From NCBI GenBank assembly GCA_964652155.1, contig CAZZBK010000006.1, positions 24,714 to 88,713 on the forward strand: 64,000 nt of DNA. The letters are read 5' to 3'. Under the pieces are notes generated by a model. It was not told the DNA's origin and made no database searches. It saw nothing but the letters and a program-made list of their open reading frames with translations. Below, piece after piece: positions 21,707 to 31,238 of this stretch (positions are counted from its first letter, which is position 1; the number at the start of each line of letters is the position of its first letter). The position numbers were made by a program, and so were the translations under genes. This DNA comes from an uncultured Planctomycetaceae bacterium (GTDB lineage: Bacteria > Planctomycetota > Planctomycetia > Pirellulales > PNKZ01).

Positions 21707-22987
21707 ATGACACGGTTACTTTCGTTCTCGCTTGTGCTGGTCCTGGGCTATGCCTCCATCGCCAGTGCTCAGACAACAACAACTCCCGAGGAGCCGATTG
21801 TTTGGAAGGCGGGCGCGGCCAAAGCGACCATCACGCCCAGGGACCACCTTTGGATGGCGGGCTACGCGGCGCGTAAAAAACCCGCCGATGGCATCGCTCA
21901 AGACCTGTTCGCCAAGGCGCTCGCGCTCGAAGATCATGCCGGACAACGGGCCGTCATCGTCACGCTCGACTTTATCGGCGTGGGTCGCTCGCTGCGCGAC
22001 GCGGTCGTGGCGCGCTGCCTGAGCGATTATCAACTCGCCGCTGACGCAATCCTCTTCAATGCCTCGCACACCCATTGCGGGCCGTCGCTTAGCATTCAAG
22101 ACGGGGTCGAAGAGCAGCTCAAGCAATACCGGGCCGAACTGGAAAACACGCTCGTGAAAATCATTGGCCAGGCGGTCGAGCGACTCGCGCCAGCACGCAT
22201 CTCATACTCACAGGGCCGCTGTGGCTTTGCGATGAACCGGCGTCGACCGAGTGAGAAGGGCTATCAGAATCGGCCCACGTTTGCTGGCCCCGTCGATCAT
22301 GAAGTACCGGTGCTCGCGGTGCAGAACGCCGAGAACAAAGTGATTGCGCTGGCCTTTGGCTACGCCTGTCATGCGACCACGGTGTTCTCGACCACGCTCG
22401 CGCCGGCCGCGCCGACCTTTATGTTCCACGGCGACTACCCGGGCTTCGCGCAGCAGGCGCTCGAGCAGGCCTATCCCGACGCGGTGGCGCTGTTCGTCAA
22501 TGGCTGTAGTGGCGATCAGAACCCATACCCGCGCAACGGCGAGTTCCCGGGCAAGCAACCGCTCGAAATGGCCGAGCAGCATGGCAAGTCACTCGCCACG
22601 GCCGTGGTCGCCGGCATGCAAGGAGGCTCGCGACCGATCGCAGGAAGCATTCGCGCCGTGACCGGCGAGGTAACGCTCGAGCGCAACGAAGGGAAGCCGG
22701 ACCACAACTATCTTGTCCAGGCGATGCGGCTCGGCGACGCGCTCACACTCGTGGCCCTGGGGAGCGAGACGGTGGTCGATTACTCGCTGCGACTCAAACA
22801 CGAGATCAAGTCTCCCGCCGTGTGGATCGCCGGGTACTCCAACGAGATGGTCGGCTACGTACCCAGCCGCCGCGTTGCTGCCGAAGGAGGTTACGAAGCC
22901 GGCATGAACTTCAAGCTCGACATCGAAGAGCGGATCATCAAGAAGGTGCATGACCTTGTTCGAAGCCTGAACGAAACCGGGAAATAA
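21707..22987 (+). CDS. Neutral/alkaline ceramidase N-terminal domain family protein
   Basis: WMAGYAAR, NASHTHCGP, NRR, GYACHAT and GYSN...EGGYE motifs; likely start is MTRLLS. Confidence 0.85.
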   Translation: MTRLLSFSLVLVLGYASIASAQTTTTPEEPIVWKAGAAKATITPRDHLWMAGYAARKKPADGIAQDLFAKALALEDHAGQRAVIVTLDFIGVGRSLRDAVVARCLSDYQLAADAILFNASHTHCGPSLSIQDGVEEQLKQYRAELENTLVKIIGQAVERLAPARISYSQGRCGFAMNRRRPSEKGYQNRPTFAGPVDHEVPVLAVQNAENKVIALAFGYACHATTVFSTTLAPAAPTFMFHGDYPGFAQQALEQAYPDAVALFVNGCSGDQNPYPRNGEFPGKQPLEMAEQHGKSLATAVVAGMQGGSRPIAGSIRAVTGEVTLERNEGKPDHNYLVQAMRLGDALTLVALGSETVVDYSLRLKHEIKSPAVWIAGYSNEMVGYVPSRRVAAEGGYEAGMNFKLDIEERIIKKVHDLVRSLNETGK

Positions 22988-22996
22988 GGAAAATGA

Positions 22997-23163
22997 AACC
23001 ACCGATGAACGCGGATGAACACCGAGAGGTAAGAGACAGGAGTGAGGAGGTGTAAGGCTGGTGACACATCACGCTGATGCAAAGCTGTTTCGTTCTTTGC
23101 TCTCCTCTCGCTCCGCTGTCCTCATCCCATCCGTTCTGTGTTCATCCGTGTTCATCGGTGGTT
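22997..23163. repeat. Inverted repeat element with 9-nt periodic arms (GGATGAACA-type)
   Basis: aaccaccgatgaacgcggatgaacac ... gtgttcatccgtgttcatcggtggtt, between convergent genes. Confidence 0.8.
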
Positions 23164-23176
23164 CCCTCTCTTCCAC

Positions 23177-24073
23177 CTACGGAAAGAACCGCGCCCCCAT
23201 CTGGCGTAAAAAGGCGAGCGACTCGGCCATCTCCCCCATGCCATTCATGCCGTCTTCGATGCTCACCCAGCCGCAATAGTTGTGCTCGGCGAGGATGCGG
23301 AAGATCGTCGGATAGTCGTTCAGCCCCTTGCCCGTGACCCCGTGCCGCAAGTTGGGGCTGTAGCCGAGCGTGCCATCGGCCTGACGCAACTCGGCGATGG
23401 TTGTTCCCTCGGCCAGGTACCGATCGCTGGCGTGCATGCTCACCACGCGCGGCGCGACCGCCGTGAGCAACTCGATGGGGTCGTCTCCCGCCACGATCGC
23501 GTTCGACGGGTCGTACTGCACGCCAAAGTGCTCGCGGTCATCGATGGCCGCGAGCAACTCCAAGAACACATCCTGCTTTTGCGCGAACTCGGCGTACTTC
23601 CAGAAGCCATCTTTGTAGTGATTCTCAAGGCCCAGCACGATGTCGTGCTCGCGGGCCACGACCAACGACGCCTCGATGCACTCGACGACCCAGGCAATGC
23701 CTTGCTCGCGGCTCACCTCGGGATAACGCTGACCGCTCAAGACGCGACACACCGCGCGGGCTCCGCCCAGTCGCTTGGTCACGGCGATCATTTTCGCGTG
23801 ATGCTCAATCGCCCGCTGCCTGGCGGCCCGATCGGGATTGGTGAAGTCGGGCGAGCAGCAGAGCATCGGCATCGCAAAACCCGCGTCGCGAATCGCCGCC
23901 CCGACGCGATCAATGTACGCGTCGTCGAGGCTCGTGAAGAACCCCTCGTACATCTCAAGCCCGTCGGCATCGAGCGACCGGGCCATATCGATCCAGTCGA
24001 AGACGCTCATTGTCCGCGCCTGCGAGATCGTTTCGAGGTAGCACTTCGGAAACGCGGAAATTTTCAGCGGCAT
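23177..24073 (-). CDS. Sugar phosphate isomerase/epimerase (TIM barrel)
   Basis: LENHYKD, YDPSN, MHASD and SIEDG motifs. Confidence 0.88.
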   Translation of the reverse strand: MPLKISAFPKCYLETISQARTMSVFDWIDMARSLDADGLEMYEGFFTSLDDAYIDRVGAAIRDAGFAMPMLCCSPDFTNPDRAARQRAIEHHAKMIAVTKRLGGARAVCRVLSGQRYPEVSREQGIAWVVECIEASLVVAREHDIVLGLENHYKDGFWKYAEFAQKQDVFLELLAAIDDREHFGVQYDPSNAIVAGDDPIELLTAVAPRVVSMHASDRYLAEGTTIAELRQADGTLGYSPNLRHGVTGKGLNDYPTIFRILAEHNYCGWVSIEDGMNGMGEMAESLAFLRQMGARFFP

Positions 24074-24076
24074 GAT

Positions 24077-24216
24077 TTACTCATCCGTCCGGAATGTGAA
24101 GGCGGGCAGTCCCGCCTTGTTGTAGAGATTCACCGTCGGATTCCAGGCCCACCGTAACGCACGTACTTGGGCGAGGCAACGACGATCGTGTCCCCTTCGA
24201 TCACGGCCTCGGCCCA
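24077..24216 (-). pseudogene. 3' remnant of a sialate O-acetylesterase gene (frameshifted)
   Basis: WAEAVIEGDTIVVASPKYVRY in one frame and WAWNPTVNLYNKAGLPAFTFRTDE* in another match the typical C-terminus of large sialate O-acetylesterases. Confidence 0.75.
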
Positions 24217-24321
24217 AAGGAGCACCACGCCTGCGGTCCCACCGGCTGGGCAACAGCCGCCGCCAAACACCAAACACAAAACACAATAAGCACCGCATTT
24301 CAACCCTCTGTTGCCAAGCAA

Positions 24322-24346
24322 GGTACGCACGGGGTGCGTACCCTAC
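24322..24346 (-). repeat. GTAG-type REP element
   Basis: Minus strand reads GTAGGGTACGCACCCCGTGCGTACC: GTAG head plus hairpin, 6 nt after the beta-lactamase stop. Confidence 0.7.
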
Positions 24347-24352
24347 AAGCGA

Positions 24353-25228
24353 TTACTTGCCGGCGGCGGCACGCTGCTCGGCGAGATTTTTGCGAAACGC
24401 CTGGTCCTTGAGCTCGACGTAGTCGCGATAGCCTTGCGGGTCGATGAACGGATTCGGGCCGTCCCGGCGCTGCCATCGATCGTACTTGGCCAGCATGCCG
24501 TAGTAGTTACCATGCGCGCCGAGGAACACGTCGCACTTCAGCGACTTGAGGATCTTGAAGGTCGTCGTGTAATCGTCGGCAATCTCGGGATAGTCACGGT
24601 TGTTGACGAGTTGATAGCCCGGGTTGACATTGGGACTGCCGATCACGACGACCTGCAATGACTTGCCCGCCTCGGTGGCATTCCAGGCCCGGGTGGTGAA
24701 GCCGCGGGTATGGCCGGGTGTGCGCCGAGCGACGAGTGTCGTGCCGCCGAGCTTGACCTCGTCGCCGTCATTGAGCACGCGATCGACTTTACACGCCGGC
24801 CAGCGATGGTCGGTGTACAGATACTGTCCTTCGCCGCCGGAGGCGATCACGCGGTCGTCCCCTTTCATCACGAACACTTGTGCTCCGGTCGCCTGTTGCA
24901 TCAGGAAGTGGCCGGCGACGTGATCGTTGTGCGCGTGGCTGGCCAGGAGAATTTTGATGTCGCGCATTTTGAAGCCCAGCGACTCGACTGCTCCGCGAAT
25001 CAAGGGGACCGTCTCCTCAAAGCTGCTGTTGATGAGCAGGTGCCCGTCGGGGGTTGTGATGAGGTAGCTCGACAGCTCCTTCGAGCCAACGTAGTAAACG
25101 TTGCCCACAACACAGTGGGCCGGGAATGCTTCGTCGGCCGCGAGGGTCGCCAGGCTGGCAATCAAGCCGCCGGTCGCAATGATGGCCGAGAGCAATCGGG
25201 TGAGCCGCAGGGATCGGTAAGTGGACAT
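24353..25228 (-). CDS. bla: Subclass B3 metallo-beta-lactamase
   Basis: GNVYYVG, HAHNDH, TPGHTRG, CDVFLGAH and NPFIDPQGY motifs; signal peptide after MSTYRS. Confidence 0.88.
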   Translation of the reverse strand: MSTYRSLRLTRLLSAIIATGGLIASLATLAADEAFPAHCVVGNVYYVGSKELSSYLITTPDGHLLINSSFEETVPLIRGAVESLGFKMRDIKILLASHAHNDHVAGHFLMQQATGAQVFVMKGDDRVIASGGEGQYLYTDHRWPACKVDRVLNDGDEVKLGGTTLVARRTPGHTRGFTTRAWNATEAGKSLQVVVIGSPNVNPGYQLVNNRDYPEIADDYTTTFKILKSLKCDVFLGAHGNYYGMLAKYDRWQRRDGPNPFIDPQGYRDYVELKDQAFRKNLAEQRAAAGK

Positions 25229-25351
25229 GATGAAACTCGCCTGAAGGTGATATGCTTTGAAAACGAGTGGGATGGGCTTTCGAGTATAATGCCTGGGCGG
25301 GGCATTCTCACGAGGTTGGCTCGATAAACTGCCTGAACGTCGCTGGGCCCC

Positions 25352-25381
25352 CTGACCCAGGCGAACCGCGTTTGCTAGAAT
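25352..25381 (+). promoter_or_regulatory. Candidate sigma70 promoter for tyrA-purL
   Basis: CTGACC-18 nt-TAGAAT with an extended -10 TG, about 60 nt upstream of the ATG. Confidence 0.35.
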
Positions 25382-25439
25382 GCGAGCCACGGTTCGGTTG
25401 ACCCTTCGTTCACCCCACACGCAACTCTGTTATTGGACC

Positions 25440-26300
25440 ATGCCGCGGTACCGTCGCGTCGCGATCATCGGGGTGGGATTGATCGGAGGCTCGATCGGGG
25501 GCGACCTGTTGCGTCGCGGTTTGGCCGACGAGGTCGTGGGGATCGGTCGCCGCGCCGAGTCGCTCGCACTCGCAGAGCAATTGCAACTCGTGACGCGCTG
25601 GACGACTGACTTGGCCGCGGGGGTGTCGGGCGCCGAGTTCGTTGTGGTCTGCACGCCGGTCGAGCGGATCGTGGCTGACGTGTTGGCCGCCGCGCAGGCC
25701 GCCACGGCCGACATGCTCATCACCGACGCCGGCAGCACCAAGGGCTCGCTGGTCGAAGCGCTCGATGCTGCACAGCGTCAAGGCAAGTTCCCGGCCGGCG
25801 TTCGTTTCGTCGGCAGCCACCCGATGGCCGGCAGCGAGAAGAGCGGCCCGGCCGCGGCGCAGAGCGACTTGTTTGTCGATCGTGTGGCGATTGTCACGCC
25901 GACAGCCGAGACGACCGAGGCGGACGTGAGCTCGGTGTGCGATTTCTGGCGGGCGCTCGGAGCCCGGGTGGTCCGCATGTCGAGCGAGGAACATGATCGG
26001 GCGGTGGCCACGATCAGCCACTTGCCGCATGTCGCCGCGGCTGCGCTGGCGGCCGTGACCAGTGAAGCCGAACGGGGTCTAGCGGCGGGGGGGTGGCGAG
26101 ACACGACCCGCATTGCCGCGGCTGATCCGTTGCTGTGGCGACAGATTCTGCTCGACAACCGCTCCAGTGTCTTGACGGCTCTCGGCCGTTATGAAAAGGT
26201 ACTCGCGTCGTTTCGCGCCGCGTTGGAACATGCCGACCCGGCGACGCTCGACCATTTGCTCCAGGAGGCTAAGCTGTCCCGTGATGCTCTGGGAAGTTGA
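25440..26300 (+). CDS. tyrA: Prephenate/arogenate dehydrogenase
   Basis: [33 protein letters not shown] and GWRDTTRIA motifs. Confidence 0.92.
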   Translation: MPRYRRVAIIGVGLIGGSIGGDLLRRGLADEVVGIGRRAESLALAEQLQLVTRWTTDLAAGVSGAEFVVVCTPVERIVADVLAAAQAATADMLITDAGSTKGSLVEALDAAQRQGKFPAGVRFVGSHPMAGSEKSGPAAAQSDLFVDRVAIVTPTAETTEADVSSVCDFWRALGARVVRMSSEEHDRAVATISHLPHVAAAALAAVTSEAERGLAAGGWRDTTRIAAADPLLWRQILLDNRSSVLTALGRYEKVLASFRAALEHADPATLDHLLQEAKLSRDALGS

Positions 26301-29256
26301 CATTTATCCGGCGGCGGGACGACCCAACCGAGCCGCTGAGCGTGTGGCCAGCAACGCGGCCGACATGGGTTTAGCCTCGAACTTGCACGTCGTGGCCGCC
26401 CACGGATTTTTGCTGCAAGGGGAACTCGATCGCGCGCAGGTCGAGCAGATCGCCCGCGCCTTGCTCGTTGATCATGTGGTCGAGTCGCCACGCATCGCGC
26501 CGTGCGGCGACCCGCAGTTGAACGTGGCCCCGGCGGGCACCACGAGCGCCGTGCATGTGTTGCCCAAGCCGGGCGTGATGGACCCCGTCGCGCAGAGCGC
26601 TCAGAAAGCGATCGCCGACCTGGGGTTGGCCGTCGATCAGGTACGAACCCTCTCGAAGTACTGGCTCTCAGAGTTGAGCGCTGACAAGCTTTCAACCTTG
26701 TGCTCCAAGGTGCTGGCCAACGATGCCATCGAGCAGGTCATTGTGGGCCCGTTGGGTTGGAAGCATCTGGACCTTGGCTCGCGCTACGAATTTCATCCCT
26801 TGACGGTGCCGCTGCTGTCGCTCGACGACGCGGCGCTCGTCAAGCTCAGCCGCGAGGGGCAGTTGTATCTCAGCTTGGTCGAGATGCAGACGATTCAGGC
26901 CCATTTCCGCGCCCAGCAGCGCGACCCCACCGACGCCGAGTTGGAAACGATCGCCCAAACGTGGAGCGAGCATTGCAGCCATAAAACACTGGCCGGCCGT
27001 GTGCGGTACCGCGATGAGAAACACGAACGACTCTTTAAGAACATGCTCAAAGAGACGATCTTCGCCGCCACGAACACGATCCGTCAGTCGCTCGGCACGA
27101 ACGACTGGTGCGTCAGCGTGTTCAAAGACAACGCCGGGGTCGTGACGTTCAACGACGAGTATCACGTCTGCTTCAAAGTCGAAACGCATAACCATCCCTC
27201 GGCGCTCGAACCCTACGGCGGCGCGAACACGGGCCTGGGCGGAGTGATTCGCGATCCGCTCGGCACCGGCATGGGCGCCAAGCCCGTCTGCAACACCGAC
27301 GTGTTCTGCTTTGCGCCGCCTGATACGCCCCATGACTCGTTGCCCGCGGGTGTGCTGCATCCGAAGCGCGTGATGAACGGCGTGGTGAGTGGCGTGCGCG
27401 ACTACGGCAACCGGATGGGCATTCCCACCGTCAACGGCGCGGTCTATTTCGACCCGCGTTACTTGGGCAACCCATTGGTCTATTGCGGTAACGTGGGGCT
27501 GATTCCAGTCGACATGGCGTTCAAGGAAGCCTTGCCCGGCGACCGCATTGTCGCCGTCGGAGGTCGCACGGGCCGCGACGGCATTCACGGCGCGACGTTC
27601 TCGTCGGCCGAGTTGACCAGCGAGAGCGAGAGCCTGTCGGGGGGCGCGGTGCAAATCGGCAACGCGATCACCGAGAAGATGCTGCTCGACGTGGTGCTCG
27701 CGGCCCGCGATCAGGGGCTCTATCATGCCATCACCGACTGTGGGGCGGGGGGCTTTAGCAGCGCCGTGGGCGAAATGGGGGCCGAGATCGGCGCCGAAGT
27801 GTGGCTCGATCGCATTCCACTCAAGTACGACGGCCTGTCGTACACCGAAATGTGGATCAGCGAGGCGCAAGAGCGCATGATCCTGGCGGTCGGTCCCGAC
27901 ACGGTCGACGCGTTTATTCGCCTCTGCGCCAGCGAAGGGGTCGAGGCCACGGTGATCGGCATCTATCAGCCCACGGGTCGGCTGCAACTCAAGTATCACG
28001 ATCATGTCGTGGCCGATCTGGCGATGGAGTTCTTGCACGACGGTCGCCCGCCGGTCGTGCGCGAAGCGACTTACGCTCCCCAAGTGGTCACCACGCAACC
28101 GCTGCCCGACAAGTACACCTGGGACTACACCTCCGAGTTGCTGTCGATCCTCGGTTCGCTCAACGTGGCGAGCAAGGAATGGGTGATTCGCCAGTACGAC
28201 CACGAAGTGCAAGGGGGCTCGGTGGTCAAGCCGCTCGTGGGCATCGCGAACGATGGTCCCAGTGACGCGGCGGTCGTGCGTCCGGTGCTCAACTCGCGGC
28301 GCGGCATTGTGATTGCCTGCGGCATGAATCCGCGCTACGGCGATTTCGACACGTACCACATGGCCAGCAGTGCGATCGACGAGGCCGTGCGCAATTGCGT
28401 GGCTGTTGGAGCTGACCCACGGCGGATCGCCATTCTCGACAACTTCTGCTGGGGCGATTGCGAAAAGCCCGAGACGCTCGGTTCGCTGGTGCGGGCCGCC
28501 CTGGCCTGCCATGACCTAGCGGTGGCTTGGTCGATGCCGTTCATCAGCGGCAAAGACAGCCTCAACAACGAGTTCAAGTTCACGTCCGCCGACGGCTCGC
28601 GCCAGGCGATCGCGATTCCCCCCTCGCTGCTGATTAGCGCTCTGGGGCAGATCGACGACATCGCGCAGGCCGTGACGATGGACCTGAAACGCGCCGGCAA
28701 TTTCCTTTATCAAGTTGGCGTGACGAAGGATGAGCTGGGCGGCTCGCACTTCGCGCTCGTGCAAACGATCGGCGGCGGACAGGTTCCCACGGTCGACACC
28801 GTGACCGCGCAAGCGACGTTCATCAAGCTGCACGCGGCGATCAAGGCGGGCTTGGTGCGGGCGTGCCACGACCTGAGCGAAGGGGGCTTGGCCGTCACCG
28901 CGGCCGAGATGGCCTTCGCCGGCGGGTTGGGCGCGCGGCTCTTCCTGGCGCAAGCCCCACACGCGCTCGATCTGAGCGACCCTGGCGCGACGCGCTCGTT
29001 GCTCTTCAGCGAGTCGAACAGTCGGTTCCTCGTCGAGGTCACGCCCGAGCAGACGGACGCATTCGAGGCTGCACTCGTCGGCGTGCCGTGTGCCTTGGTC
29101 GGCGAAGTGGTCGACAGCGGGCGACTCGAAGTCATCGGCCTACCGCAGAGCGTCGAGATCGATGACAGCCAGCAGTCGGCCGACGAAGCTCCGCTGGTGA
29201 TCGACGCGGCACTCGATGTCTTGAAAGAGGCGTGGCAGAAGCCGCTGCGTTGGTAG
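26284..29256 (+). CDS. purL: Phosphoribosylformylglycinamidine synthase PurL with N-terminal PurS-like domains
   Basis: [39 protein letters not shown] and HDLSEGG motifs; start is MLWEVD at 26284. Confidence 0.95.
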   Translation: MLWEVDIYPAAGRPNRAAERVASNAADMGLASNLHVVAAHGFLLQGELDRAQVEQIARALLVDHVVESPRIAPCGDPQLNVAPAGTTSAVHVLPKPGVMDPVAQSAQKAIADLGLAVDQVRTLSKYWLSELSADKLSTLCSKVLANDAIEQVIVGPLGWKHLDLGSRYEFHPLTVPLLSLDDAALVKLSREGQLYLSLVEMQTIQAHFRAQQRDPTDAELETIAQTWSEHCSHKTLAGRVRYRDEKHERLFKNMLKETIFAATNTIRQSLGTNDWCVSVFKDNAGVVTFNDEYHVCFKVETHNHPSALEPYGGANTGLGGVIRDPLGTGMGAKPVCNTDVFCFAPPDTPHDSLPAGVLHPKRVMNGVVSGVRDYGNRMGIPTVNGAVYFDPRYLGNPLVYCGNVGLIPVDMAFKEALPGDRIVAVGGRTGRDGIHGATFSSAELTSESESLSGGAVQIGNAITEKMLLDVVLAARDQGLYHAITDCGAGGFSSAVGEMGAEIGAEVWLDRIPLKYDGLSYTEMWISEAQERMILAVGPDTVDAFIRLCASEGVEATVIGIYQPTGRLQLKYHDHVVADLAMEFLHDGRPPVVREATYAPQVVTTQPLPDKYTWDYTSELLSILGSLNVASKEWVIRQYDHEVQGGSVVKPLVGIANDGPSDAAVVRPVLNSRRGIVIACGMNPRYGDFDTYHMASSAIDEAVRNCVAVGADPRRIAILDNFCWGDCEKPETLGSLVRAALACHDLAVAWSMPFISGKDSLNNEFKFTSADGSRQAIAIPPSLLISALGQIDDIAQAVTMDLKRAGNFLYQVGVTKDELGGSHFALVQTIGGGQVPTVDTVTAQATFIKLHAAIKAGLVRACHDLSEGGLAVTAAEMAFAGGLGARLFLAQAPHALDLSDPGATRSLLFSESNSRFLVEVTPEQTDAFEAALVGVPCALVGEVVDSGRLEVIGLPQSVEIDDSQQSADEAPLVIDAALDVLKEAWQKPLRW

Positions 29257-29310
29257 TCGTCATTGGCCGAAGAGCTTACGGACCAACACCGGGCAACTTC
29301 GAGAACCGAC

Positions 29311-29715
29311 ATGGACTGGTTAGATTGGTACCACGCACTCGCCAAGCCAAGCTGGACTCCGGCACCGGCGACGATCGGTCTGATCTGGCAAATCCTGTAT
29401 CCGATCATAGCGGTCAGTTTTGGATTTGTTTTCGTGCAGGCATTTCGACGGCGGGTACCGTGGCGGGTTGCGCTCCCCTTCGCGATCAACCTTGTGGCCA
29501 ATCTGATCTTTACGCCCATTCAGTTTGGTTTGCGGAACTTACCGCTCGCGGCGATCGACATTCTCGTCGTGTGGAGCTCGATCCTGTGGATCATTGCGGA
29601 AGTCTGGCAACATAATCGCTGGGTGGCCGTGGCGCAGATCCCCTACCTCACTTGGGTCACGCTGGCGACCGTGCTGCAACTGTCAATCACGACGATGAAT
29701 TGGGGCCGCACGTGA
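29311..29715 (+). CDS. tspO: TspO/MBR tryptophan-rich sensory protein
   Basis: WYHALAKPSWTP and PYLTWV motifs, Trp-rich TM helices. Confidence 0.88.
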   Translation: MDWLDWYHALAKPSWTPAPATIGLIWQILYPIIAVSFGFVFVQAFRRRVPWRVALPFAINLVANLIFTPIQFGLRNLPLAAIDILVVWSSILWIIAEVWQHNRWVAVAQIPYLTWVTLATVLQLSITTMNWGRT

Positions 29716-29728
29716 TCACGTGTAACCC

Positions 29729-30211
29729 TCAATCGTGATGCGGCACGCGAATTTCGACACCGTAACGCGGTGCAATCTGCAAAAGTTTTACGATCTCATC
29801 TTTCGTGGGTGGCAATGCCGTCGTGGAGCCCTCGGGCAAAGCGACGCCCACCTCGAAGAACATTTGTTCCAAACCGGCTGGGGCGACCGAAATGATCATC
29901 CTGGCCGGTTCACCTGTCTCGTTTTTGAATGAGTGAGGGGTGCCGACCGGCATGTTGGCGAATGTGCCTGCGCGAGCGACATGCTTGTGTTCGCCGATCT
30001 GAAAGGTAATCTCCCCATCGAGCACGTAAAAGCTCTCCTCCTCGCGCTGATGGACGTGCGGCGGGGGGCCACCCCCGGGCGGCACAAGTGCTTCCCACAT
30101 CGCGTACTTGCCGTTCGTTTCGTCGCCTGTGGCTAAGAATCGGTAAACATCGCCGACGACGGCAACCGTTCGGCCCGCGCCGGGTTCACGAATCGTGGGT
30201 TGATTGAGCAT
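29729..30211 (-). CDS. Cupin domain protein (quercetin dioxygenase-like)
   Basis: GPPPHVHQREEESFYVLDG and GTPHSF motifs. Confidence 0.88.
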   Translation of the reverse strand: MLNQPTIREPGAGRTVAVVGDVYRFLATGDETNGKYAMWEALVPPGGGPPPHVHQREEESFYVLDGEITFQIGEHKHVARAGTFANMPVGTPHSFKNETGEPARMIISVAPAGLEQMFFEVGVALPEGSTTALPPTKDEIVKLLQIAPRYGVEIRVPHHD

Positions 30212-30292
30212 GGCAAAGATTCCCTGCAGAAGAGGTACTTGTACCCCAATCGTATTGTCGACCCCGAATAGGAGCACGCTCAGCCGCAGAAA

Positions 30293-31216
30293 TCACAGCA
30301 GATCGCGCAAATGAAAGTGATGTTTGCCGAGCTTGCCGCCGTAGTTGCCAGCCGTGATCATCACGATCTCGGGCATACCAGCAGCCGCGTGCAGGCCACG
30401 TCGCATGGCGGACTGCACAGCCTCGAAGCTGAGGCCGTCAATGACGATCTCGTACACGGCGCGACACGTCGAGGGTAGTTCTGTCGAGGTGTCGCAACGG
30501 AGCGTGGGGCAATAGGCGTCGTTGGTGCTGGCCTTGAGCTTGGCGTATTGCGAGCCGACTTTGCTGCCCGAGCGGACAATGCCCCCTGGAAACGGCAACG
30601 CCACATCGACTCCGGATCGAATCGCGGCGACGGCGGCTTCGGCGGCTCGCAACGCCGCGGCGCCGCTGGTGCCGCCGATGAGCAGATTGCCGCCGGCAAC
30701 GCCGGTGACGGTGCCAAAGTAATCTTCGCAGAGGAACTCGCCATCCATGACGGGGATGCGCCAGTAGCGGCGGTCGTCGATCTTTTTCGAGCGTTGGTAG
30801 CCGTCGCCGAAATAGCGAATGCCGCCACCAATGCGGATCCGTTTTTCCTTGGGGCAGTCCATGATGCCGTTGTAACAGGCCGTCGTCGGGCAGGTGAGCA
30901 CGCACTGACCGACGCGCCCTTGCAACGCCTTGCCCAGCGAGTCGATCGTGAAAGCGAACACGAGCACCGCGACGCCCGGTCGGCCGTCGGGGGTTTCGCT
31001 CGGCGGCACCTCGCGTTCGATGGCCGCCTCGACGTCGCAGGCGATGACGCTCGTGGCGTTGCCGCACAGCACCGTGGCGGCGGTCCGCGCCCAGTCGAGC
31101 GTGTCGGCCGTAATCACGAGCCGGGCCGCCTTGATCGGAAACGCCTCGGCGAACGTGTCGACGATGCTCACGCCGTGAAGTTGCAAAGCAGCAGGGGTTT
31201 CAGTCGGTATCGTCAT
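30293..31216 (-). CDS. fhcD: Formylmethanofuran-H4MPT N-formyltransferase
   Basis: DTFAEAF, TPDGRPG, GQCVLTCPTT, RSGSKVGS and AGNYGGKLG motifs. Confidence 0.95.
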   Translation of the reverse strand: MTIPTETPAALQLHGVSIVDTFAEAFPIKAARLVITADTLDWARTAATVLCGNATSVIACDVEAAIEREVPPSETPDGRPGVAVLVFAFTIDSLGKALQGRVGQCVLTCPTTACYNGIMDCPKEKRIRIGGGIRYFGDGYQRSKKIDDRRYWRIPVMDGEFLCEDYFGTVTGVAGGNLLIGGTSGAAALRAAEAAVAAIRSGVDVALPFPGGIVRSGSKVGSQYAKLKASTNDAYCPTLRCDTSTELPSTCRAVYEIVIDGLSFEAVQSAMRRGLHAAAGMPEIVMITAGNYGGKLGKHHFHLRDLL

Positions 31217-31238
31217 AGCAGTTCCAGTGATCCTTGCG

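Noticed and set aside
24263-24290. Short heptamer tandem (ccaaaca ccaaaca caaaaca)
   Set aside because: Only 3-4 degenerate units; not a CRISPR array and too short to assign, although it lies near the esterase stump breakpoint
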